Below are positions 1 to 7,492 of a stretch of 32,000 bases of DNA, piece by piece. The number at the start of each line of letters is the position of its first letter. Position 1 is the stretch's first letter. Both the position numbers and the translations under genes were made by a program. Source of the DNA: Candidatus Paracaedimonas acanthamoebae (GTDB lineage: Bacteria; Pseudomonadota; Alphaproteobacteria; Caedimonadales; Caedimonadaceae); assembly GCA_000743035.1 (NCBI GenBank), contig CP008936.1:30001-62000 (forward strand), given 5' to 3'. A model generated the notes under the pieces. That model was not told where the DNA came from and did not search any database. It worked only from the letters and a program-made list of their open reading frames with translations.

Positions 1-1345
1 TATAATTAGCGCCAATTGTCCAGTAATAATAACAATCATCAAGTAAGCAATAAGAATTTAAGATAATATTCTTGCTGTTTTTTTTCTTTTTTCCAAAATG
101 TATACTACTGTAGTTTCCGCGCCAAGGTTGGGGTAGCTCTAAGAGAGGAAAATAAAGAAAAAACTGATTATTTTGACTTGTGTACTCTTTATAAGATTTC
201 TCAGCCCCTAAAGCAGTGTAACCTTGAATCCAGGTATTAGGGGTATTCAATAAAGGAGAAATCGATGGAGAAGTTGTTGTATGTTTTTGATTACTTGAAG
301 GTAATTGACTTATTTCAGTTTTTAACTTTCCTACAAAATTTTGAATAATTGTAGCTTGAGAAGGATTAATTTTTACAATTCTACCTTTAAATGTATCGCT
401 TACATACATTAAGCCTTCTGGGGTATATTCAATCCCATAAGGCATATTAAATAAATCTATTCCAAGCCCATTACCACCTATACTTTTTTGAGGTTCTAAA
501 TCATGAGATAGAATTGTAATCTTTCCTGTATGAGCATCAGTGATCGCAACCTTATCTTTATAAATACTAATAGAAGTTGGCCATAAGTAGCCATTTTTTC
601 TCCATTCTATTTTTCCCGTTTCTTTTAAAAGCTTACCTTGAAGATTGAACATAAAAATTTTTCTTTCTTGAAGGCTTGTAACATAGATTGATTTTTCATT
701 TTTAGAAAAAGAGACACCATGCGCATTTTTAATAGGGAGAGACCACGCCTTTTTACCTCTATCAAAAAGTACAAGTTTGCTCGCATCATAATCAGCAATC
801 GCACAGATCTTTCCATCTAGCGTTACATCAATATTTTCTGGCCCAAGTAAATCGATGTCTTCATAACGGTCTTTAAGAATTAAGTTAAAAAATTTATCAA
901 ATTCTAATAGTAAAATATCTTTACCTGTATAATTTGCCACATATAAGGTTTTAGTTGTCTTATTGTATTTGATGCCCGTAGGATTCCAGACTTTGATTTT
1001 TTTAGGAGGTAAAAGTATTCTTGCCTTACCATTTTCTATATTTAATAAAAAAATATTCTGATAATTACAAAATACCAAATGCTTTTCATCAATTTGTGTT
1101 AAAGAGCAAATTACGCTTGGGTCTATCATTTTTCCTTGCTCATCAACCATTGGAATTGATTCTAAATGAGGTGAAATATTTAAGTTTTGGGGGTCGAACT
1201 TTTTATCTTCGAAATAGCAATAAGTATAAGAAATAAAGGTTGCTAGAAAAGCTAGTAAACTTACCTTAAGTAGATTTTTATTTTTTAATAATTTTATTAT
1301 TAAATGTAGTTTGCTTAAAATTGACTGCTTAATTAGAAGTATCAT
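1..1345 (-). CDS. Exported NHL-repeat beta-propeller protein, paralogue of 2411..4102. Partial: the 3' end runs off the left window edge, about 448 codons visible.
   Basis: Absent from the supplied ORF track because there is no stop inside the window. I checked every minus-strand codon in the frame set by ATG 1345..1343. There is no stop down to position 2, and an in-frame stop lies just upstream at 1363..1361. The translation starts MILLIKQSILSKLHLIIKLLKNKNLLKVSLLAFLATFISYTYC (signal-like). It continues NLNISPHLESIPMVDEQGKMIDPSVICSLTQIDEKHLVFCNYQ, GPENIDVTLDGKICAIADYDASKLVLFD, LWPTSISIYKDKVAITDAHTGKITILS and FNMPYGIEYTPEGLMYVSDTFKGRIVKINP. These segments are colinear with the 564-aa neighbour. 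Confidence 0.8.
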   Translation of the reverse strand, partial: MILLIKQSILSKLHLIIKLLKNKNLLKVSLLAFLATFISYTYCYFEDKKFDPQNLNISPHLESIPMVDEQGKMIDPSVICSLTQIDEKHLVFCNYQNIFLLNIENGKARILLPPKKIKVWNPTGIKYNKTTKTLYVANYTGKDILLLEFDKFFNLILKDRYEDIDLLGPENIDVTLDGKICAIADYDASKLVLFDRGKKAWSLPIKNAHGVSFSKNEKSIYVTSLQERKIFMFNLQGKLLKETGKIEWRKNGYLWPTSISIYKDKVAITDAHTGKITILSHDLEPQKSIGGNGLGIDLFNMPYGIEYTPEGLMYVSDTFKGRIVKINPSQATIIQNFVGKLKTEISQLPSSNQKHTTTSPSISPLLNTPNTWIQGYTALGAEKSYKEYTSQNNQFFLYFPLLELPQPWRGNYSSIHFGKKKKNSKNIILNSYCLLDDCYYYWTIGANY

Positions 1346-1375
1346 TGCGAAGAAAATTCTCTATTTTTTCAAGAA

Positions 1376-2386
1376 CTATAAAGCCCGCTCTACCATCTCC
1401 ATAATCTTTAATTTTTTTTGTGGTGAAGTATAGTCAGAAGTATTCCAGAGGCGGTTCCAACCATTTTCAATTGTTTCAACCCATTCTGTCTCGGAACGTA
1501 AAGTAATACATGGTTTTTGATGAAAATAGGCTTCTTTTTGTAAGCCTCCTGAATCTGTATAGACAACCGCAGAAAAGTAAAGAAGACTGTGCATATCTTG
1601 ATAGTTTAAAGGATCAATAACTCTAATATGATTGAGGATATCATTTTCAATAAAGTTCTTAGTCCTAGGATGAATAGGCCATACTATTTGTAAATTATTT
1701 ATTTTACTGTGTTCTATGACATAATTTAACATCGTTTTAAGATGCTCTTTATTTGCTGTGTTTTCCTGGCGATGAAGAGTTAAGACAGCATATGCTTCTT
1801 CTTTAATCTCGAGTTTAGTAATGATGTCTTGCGAGATTTTTTCTATTGCAAACAGTGTGGCGTCATACATGACGTCACCTGCGTGGAATACATTGAAAGT
1901 AATTCCCTCATTCTTAAGATTTTCTATGGCTTTAAAAGTGGGACAGAATAAAAGAGAACTAACGTGATCGGATAATATCCGATTAATTTCTTCCGGCATA
2001 AAAGAGTTATACGAACGGAGGCCGGCTTCAACATGTGCAATAGGAATATTTAGCTTTGATGCAGCTAAAGCTCCCGCAAGCGTTGAATTTGTATCACCAT
2101 AAATTAAGATAAGTTGAGGAGCCTCTTTAAGCATAATTTGTTCAAGTTGCTCAAGCATACGACCTGTCATAGCGCCATGAGGCAAGCTATGGATATCCAG
2201 ATAATATTTAGGTTGCGGTATACTTAATTGTTCAAAAAAAATATCCGACATATTTGAATCAAAATGTTGCCCAGTATGAACAATGATTTCTTCGATCCAA
2301 GAATGATTTTTAAAAAGCCGTGAAAGAACAGCCGCCTTCACAAATTGTGGTCTTGCACCAATAATCGTTAGTATTTTTTTCTTCAT
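1376..2386 (-). CDS. wecB: UDP-N-acetylglucosamine 2-epimerase (non-hydrolysing), WecB/MnaA family
   Basis: 336-aa ORF with ATG start. Family motifs: MKKKILTIIGARPQFVKAAVL, HTGQHFD, IYGDTNSTLAGALAA, HVEAGLRS, TDSGGLQKEA, RSETEWVETIENGWN. The C-terminus is shorter than the ~360-380 aa relatives I recall. Confidence 0.85.
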   Translation of the reverse strand: MKKKILTIIGARPQFVKAAVLSRLFKNHSWIEEIIVHTGQHFDSNMSDIFFEQLSIPQPKYYLDIHSLPHGAMTGRMLEQLEQIMLKEAPQLILIYGDTNSTLAGALAASKLNIPIAHVEAGLRSYNSFMPEEINRILSDHVSSLLFCPTFKAIENLKNEGITFNVFHAGDVMYDATLFAIEKISQDIITKLEIKEEAYAVLTLHRQENTANKEHLKTMLNYVIEHSKINNLQIVWPIHPRTKNFIENDILNHIRVIDPLNYQDMHSLLYFSAVVYTDSGGLQKEAYFHQKPCITLRSETEWVETIENGWNRLWNTSDYTSPQKKLKIMEMVERAL

Positions 2387-2410
2387 TGGTAATGGCTGTT
2401 TTCCATTAAG

Positions 2411-4102
2411 TTAGTAGTCAGCATTTAAAATCATACTAGCAAGGCAATTTTCAACCAAATATAGATGTGTTTCTTTCTCAATTTTGTTGAGATAGTTTTT
2501 AGCTGCCATACGCATCTTATTGATATCCTGACCCGCTAAGATGAGGTTGTCATGAAAGATTTTTCCTTCTTTACTTTCAAAAGACAACTTAAGCCTTTCT
2601 GCAAAGTTAAATTTACCATACAGATGTTCAGCCATTGCATCCAAGGGATTGTCACCTCTTTGGATAGCTTTAATAAAAGGAATGATCTTTTTCATGGCTT
2701 CTTGAGTGAGATGCTTAAAAGAGACTTTATCTCCACGACTAGATATTAATTCTTTATCATTTATCCAAAAATCAACACCAATTCTTATAGGACACACAAT
2801 ACCTTGATAGATAACAAGCCATTCTATTACTTGAGGTGAACCTAAAATTGTAAATTTATCGTAATCTTTTCCAAACGTCCAATAATATTGAGCAGAAGAC
2901 ATTAAATGATAAGAGCCAAATAAATTTAAATATCTTGTTGCATTTGAGTTATTTAATTTATTTTGTTCACTGTATAAACCATTAAGATACCCGTTCCAAT
3001 TTTTTGGAATATTAAGATTTGGTATATGTAGGTGAAATTTATTAATTCTATTTTTAAATACATCAAAATTATATTTTATTCCCAAAGGAGGGTATCCATT
3101 AATCCATGATGCTTGTGGTTGTTTTTTAATAAGTTCTTGATTTTGTTTATTGGGGGATTGAGCTTCGAATATTTCTAAAATAATTTCTTGAGTAGGATCT
3201 ATTTTTAGAATTCTTCCTTTAAATGTATCAGTAACATATAGTAGTCCTTCTGAGGTATATTCAATTCCATAAGGCATATTGAATAAACTAATACCTAGAC
3301 CATTACCACCTATACTATTTAGGGCCTCTAATGAAGGAGAGATATTCGTAATTTTTCCAGTTCTCGCATCACTAATACTAATTTTATCATGGTATACATT
3401 AATAGATGTAGGCCATAAGTATCCATCCTGCTTCCACCCATCTTGGCCGTGCTCTTTTAAAAGAGTGCCATTTAAATCAAATTTGTATATTTTTGGCGGA
3501 ATAAGACCTGAAACATAAATAGTATTTTCGTCTTTGGAAAGAGTTATCCCATGGGCTCTTCCTACAGGACGAGCCCAAATTTTACCTTTTTCATTGAACA
3601 TCAAAGCTGAACTATTATCATAATCAGCAACGACAAAAAATTTTCCATCTTTTGAAACATCAATGTTTTCTGGGCCTACTAATTCATTATCTTTATATTG
3701 TTTGACAAAAATTAAGTTAAAATCTTTATCAAATCGAAATAATAGAACATCTTTTCCTAAATAATTGGCTATATACAGAGTGTTATTTTTTTTACAAAAT
3801 TTTAAACCAGTGGGGTACCAAGCTTCAATATTTGAAGGTGGCGGGAGTATTTTCGCTTTCCCATTTTTTAAATTAAGCAGAAAGACCTGTTGATAATTAC
3901 AAAAAATTAAATGCTCTTCATCAATCTGGGTCAATGAACAAATTATACCTGGATCTATCAGCTTTCCTTGTGAGTCAGTAATTAGGATGGTTTTTAAATA
4001 TGGAGAAATATTTAAATTTTTTGGTTCATGACTGCTGTAGGTTTTTTGAAAAAAAACAAATATTAGAAAAATAAAAAGATAGTATTTTTTAATTGAAAAC
4101 AT
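2411..4102 (-). CDS. Exported NHL-repeat beta-propeller protein with an unassigned ~170-aa C-terminal domain
   Basis: The ORF opens at GTG 4105, but ATG 4102 has AAGGA about 9 nt upstream. Hydrophobic signal: MFSIKKYYLFIFLIFVFFQKTYSS. Repeated NHL-like blades: LYIANYLGKDVLLFRFD, GPENIDVSKDGKFFVVADYDNSSALMF, AHGITLSKDENTIYVSGLIPPKIYKFD, LWPTSINVYHDKISISDARTGKITNI, PYGIEYTSEGLLYVTDTFKGRILKID. The C-terminal part (ILGSPQVIEWLVIYQGI...IQRGDNPLDAMAEHLYGKFNFAERL...) recurs in the 626-aa protein at 15943..17823. Confidence 0.8.
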   Translation of the reverse strand: MFSIKKYYLFIFLIFVFFQKTYSSHEPKNLNISPYLKTILITDSQGKLIDPGIICSLTQIDEEHLIFCNYQQVFLLNLKNGKAKILPPPSNIEAWYPTGLKFCKKNNTLYIANYLGKDVLLFRFDKDFNLIFVKQYKDNELVGPENIDVSKDGKFFVVADYDNSSALMFNEKGKIWARPVGRAHGITLSKDENTIYVSGLIPPKIYKFDLNGTLLKEHGQDGWKQDGYLWPTSINVYHDKISISDARTGKITNISPSLEALNSIGGNGLGISLFNMPYGIEYTSEGLLYVTDTFKGRILKIDPTQEIILEIFEAQSPNKQNQELIKKQPQASWINGYPPLGIKYNFDVFKNRINKFHLHIPNLNIPKNWNGYLNGLYSEQNKLNNSNATRYLNLFGSYHLMSSAQYYWTFGKDYDKFTILGSPQVIEWLVIYQGIVCPIRIGVDFWINDKELISSRGDKVSFKHLTQEAMKKIIPFIKAIQRGDNPLDAMAEHLYGKFNFAERLKLSFESKEGKIFHDNLILAGQDINKMRMAAKNYLNKIEKETHLYLVENCLASMILNADY

Positions 4103-4134
4103 CACATAGCATCCTTTAATTAGGCATTTATCTT

Positions 4135-7100
4135 TTATTTACTTTTTAGTAATTTAATTTTTCTGATTAGTATTCGATTTTGACCAGCGGCTTTTAAAAC
4201 TTTAACACGTATATACTTGGTAGGTTTTGCATCTTTTAAATTTATAATATGATGTTTTCCTTCAAGTTGGACTGATTGGGAATGTAAAATAACATTATTA
4301 TCGTCTAAGAATTCAATTAAATATTCTCTTCCAAAGTTCTTTTCATTTTCCCAAGTGATCTCAATTACTTTTAATAAAGTTTCTTTAGGCATCGCAATTG
4401 TAAAAAATTGAGGAAAAGGAGCATCTTCTTTAGTTGCTGCATAAGCTGTCCCATTCTTATTTTTAAAAATGAGATCAAATCCAAAACCATCATAGGTTGG
4501 AGAAGAGTCTAAAATATTTGAAGTTGAAGCAATATCTATAAGCTGTTCTTCTTTTTTATTCGTGTTATTTTTAAAAAACCACATATAAACTTTATCCCTT
4601 ATTTGCAAAAGAAAGCTTTTTTTAGTTTTTCTTTTATCAAGTCTAAATGAAAGATCAATCATTTTCTTTTCTATAATAGGAGAAAGAGACTTCTGGTTAA
4701 GCTCATAATAATACTGGTGTTTTTCAGCTTGCTGACCTGTAAACCAATCTTGATATTTTTTTGAAATCTCAGCCAATTGCTCAACATGATACTTTTGATA
4801 ATCTGGGCCTACAAACCATCCCATGTTTTGAGGTTGAATATTAAAATGCACTTCTTTCCATTGCTGATCACCATTACAATTCCAAATACCGCTTGGAATG
4901 GGCTCAAACTTTAAGACATTCCCTTCATTAATTGATTGTGTTTTAATTATAAATTTTCCTGGAGAAACATCTTTATACCGAATGATTAAACGATGTGTGG
5001 GAACTTCGAAATATTCATCAAAAGAAAAATTAGGTAGTGTCATAAACATAAATACATTATGTAATGTGCCGCCTTTTGGAGCTTTTTGGCGCTTTTTATA
5101 TCCGTTTTCAAAGAAACGTACATTTTTTCCATCAGAAGTTTTGGCTTGACCCCAATCATTTCCTGAAAGTTTACAAGGACCTTTAAAATCTCTCCCAAGT
5201 AAAGTGTCTATTTCAATATGAGAAGCTTCAGAGGTTGTGGGGTTAATTAAAATTACCTCATAAATTTCAGGGGAAGCTTCCCCACTTATCCAATCAATTT
5301 GAAATAAAAATTCTTTTTTTGGGTTTGTGTCATAGCGAAGCCAATACCCATTGTCATATTTATCATAAACATGGTGTAAAGTTTTTAATCCGACCTTTTT
5401 AAGATTTTTAAGAAATTCTTCTTTAACATATTTTGAAACTTCGTCAAAAGTAACAAGTGATGAGAGGTGAGCATTAAGAATATGCACAGCTTGGGGGACC
5501 TCTTCAAAAAAAGCTAAATTATTAAGGTAAGAGGCTTTTATCCCTCCTTGTGACAGGGGAATATTATAAGCTCTACATGCTCGTGTTAAAAGGTCTAAAA
5601 AGTTAATACCTGGTATAATAATTTGTTCATCAAGAGCTTTCCTAAAAGCTTTTATTACATAGCTTTGTCCAAAGGAAGATTGCCATGGAGCTTCAGTAAC
5701 GACGTCATTATAAGTATTAGGGAATTGGAAATACCAAACAAGTGCATCATCTTTAGGTTTTGCATTTTCTGTTAACCATTGGTATGCAGGCTTCCGTTTT
5801 ATATCTTGTATTTTTAAATTTTTAAGCCAAACAGAACCATCATAATAATATTTATTAGTGTGCAGTTCTTCAAAATCCATATGCTGGCTCATATCAAAAT
5901 AGCTTGGGTCTATGGCTTGTTGAGCCGTAATAAAAGGAGAGTACACAGGTTTGCCAATTTTACCTTTTCCATTCCATGCCCCACTTTTAAGAAAAGTGGT
6001 ATTTTTATCTTGAGAATGATAACGAACGACCCCTTTTTTATCCAACGTATATACAGGTAGAATAGTCGTTTGCTTTGGAAGATCATGTTTATGAGTTCTA
6101 ATAAGCTTACATTTAAAATTAGGTTTGTGGAGGTTGAGATAGGACAGAGCTTTATTTACCCATAATTCAAGAGCAGGTAAATCTTTTGCTAAGATTTCAA
6201 GATAGACGAGGTGTTTCTCGGCATAAGATTGACCTACCCAATATCCAAGATCTTCAGGTCTTACGGGGATTTTCCATGTGCGCCATTGATTAGAGCCCTT
6301 GAGTAAGAGATCGCTATTACGAAGTGTCTGAAATACAGCACCAGGCGCTATCGAACGTAATTGAACGTTAATATTGGCTTTTTCAATATCTTTATATTTA
6401 ATAATCAGTTCATAATGTTGAGTTCTCAAATTATCTATTTTCCCTGGTAAATCCAGATAAAAATAGGTGTGTGGGGCGTGATTAAGTGTCCCATCGTTTT
6501 CTTCTTGAGAACTTGCAGGCCAAACTGATTTAAGGCGACGTGTAGGTTTCTGGTCGATTGTTTCGGGCTGGCCCCAATCTATCCCACTAATCTTATCTTT
6601 CTGATTTGCATCATTCTCTGCCCCAACAACAATAATTGTTTCTTCGCCACTTAAAGGATCACGTAATGTAATATTTCCAATTGGTATTTGAGAAAGTTGA
6701 TATCCATAAGGATTATTGAATCTAAAACAGAGATTTTCTTTATTTGGGTTAAGATCATAACGTAACCAGTAACCCGAATCATAAAGAGGAAGCCAACGTT
6801 CTAAAGTTTCTAATCCTTTTTTGTAATAAGTTTCATATTTTTTATCTTTCGTGATGTCTGAAAGCTTTTTCAAAGCTAAAAGCGCTCTCATATGACCATT
6901 TAAGATATGTGTTGGATTTTCTTTTGGCTCGGGGACCTCTTCAAACCAAATATCCTCTCCTTGGACAAAGGCAAGGCCATTTTCTGAAAGAGGGAGCATT
7001 AAAACTTCAGCGGCTTTCTTGGCAAGTTCTAAATGTTCCTTATTGCCGTCAAGCTCATAGGAAGCGAGAAGAGCTTCAATGCCAACTGCCTGCGTAAAAG

Positions 7101-7482
7101 CACTATACCAGGGGGCCTTAATATATGAATCGTTATATGTGTTATCAAAATCAATAAGCCATACGCCTAAATTGTTTTTATATGTTTTTAGATTATCTGC
7201 TAACCATTTTACGCAAGCTTGAAATTTTCTATGATCTTTTTGTACAAGGGACGTTGTATCATAGGTTAAAACTCCCGCATAATGCAGAGCATAAACGGCT
7301 ACGCCACTAGGATGGTAAACTTGTCCTTTGATGCCTTGAATTTCTTGAACAGGAATACCATTATTGTCAGTCATATGTTTCGCTTGTGCAACATCTGTTT
7401 GTGCTGGTAATGCTAAGCAAATTTGAAATGATAATATAAGACTAATACAAAGTAACAAGAACTTGCTAATAATTTTATGCAT
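4135..7482 (-). CDS. Exported multidomain protein: two tandem D-glucuronyl C5-epimerase-like modules, each with a large beta-rich insert, plus a C-terminal discoidin (F5/8 type C)-like domain
   Basis: 1115-aa ORF with ATG start. Signal peptide MHKIISKFLLLCISLILSFQICLALPAQTDVAQA. Module 1 motifs: APWYSAFTQAVGIEALL, IWFEEVP..THILNGHMRALLAL, LPLYDSGYWLRYDL, SYAEKHLVYLEIL. Module 2 motifs: APWQSSFGQSYVIKAF, AFFEEVPQAVHILNAHLSSL, YDNGYWLRYDT, DYQKYHVEQLAEI. C-terminus: FFTIAMPKETLLKVIEITWENEKNFGREYLIEFLDD...YIRVKVLKAAGQNRILIRKIKLL. Confidence 0.8.
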   Translation of the reverse strand: MHKIISKFLLLCISLILSFQICLALPAQTDVAQAKHMTDNNGIPVQEIQGIKGQVYHPSGVAVYALHYAGVLTYDTTSLVQKDHRKFQACVKWLADNLKTYKNNLGVWLIDFDNTYNDSYIKAPWYSAFTQAVGIEALLASYELDGNKEHLELAKKAAEVLMLPLSENGLAFVQGEDIWFEEVPEPKENPTHILNGHMRALLALKKLSDITKDKKYETYYKKGLETLERWLPLYDSGYWLRYDLNPNKENLCFRFNNPYGYQLSQIPIGNITLRDPLSGEETIIVVGAENDANQKDKISGIDWGQPETIDQKPTRRLKSVWPASSQEENDGTLNHAPHTYFYLDLPGKIDNLRTQHYELIIKYKDIEKANINVQLRSIAPGAVFQTLRNSDLLLKGSNQWRTWKIPVRPEDLGYWVGQSYAEKHLVYLEILAKDLPALELWVNKALSYLNLHKPNFKCKLIRTHKHDLPKQTTILPVYTLDKKGVVRYHSQDKNTTFLKSGAWNGKGKIGKPVYSPFITAQQAIDPSYFDMSQHMDFEELHTNKYYYDGSVWLKNLKIQDIKRKPAYQWLTENAKPKDDALVWYFQFPNTYNDVVTEAPWQSSFGQSYVIKAFRKALDEQIIIPGINFLDLLTRACRAYNIPLSQGGIKASYLNNLAFFEEVPQAVHILNAHLSSLVTFDEVSKYVKEEFLKNLKKVGLKTLHHVYDKYDNGYWLRYDTNPKKEFLFQIDWISGEASPEIYEVILINPTTSEASHIEIDTLLGRDFKGPCKLSGNDWGQAKTSDGKNVRFFENGYKKRQKAPKGGTLHNVFMFMTLPNFSFDEYFEVPTHRLIIRYKDVSPGKFIIKTQSINEGNVLKFEPIPSGIWNCNGDQQWKEVHFNIQPQNMGWFVGPDYQKYHVEQLAEISKKYQDWFTGQQAEKHQYYYELNQKSLSPIIEKKMIDLSFRLDKRKTKKSFLLQIRDKVYMWFFKNNTNKKEEQLIDIASTSNILDSSPTYDGFGFDLIFKNKNGTAYAATKEDAPFPQFFTIAMPKETLLKVIEITWENEKNFGREYLIEFLDDNNVILHSQSVQLEGKHHIINLKDAKPTKYIRVKVLKAAGQNRILIRKIKLLKSK

Positions 7483-7492
7483 TCTCTCTCAT

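Noticed and set aside
625-1236. Track ORFs 625..816 (-) and 1021..1236 (+).
   Set aside because: They lie out of frame or antisense within the open NHL-paralogue frame. They have low-complexity translations and no SD, so they are shadow ORFs.
1-1345. The ORF track shows no long ORF here, although the DNA clearly resembles the 564-aa gene. This suggested a decayed pseudogene copy.
   Set aside because: A codon-by-codon check of the minus-strand frame from ATG 1345 found no stop down to position 2. The ORF is simply unterminated inside the window, so I call it an intact partial CDS.
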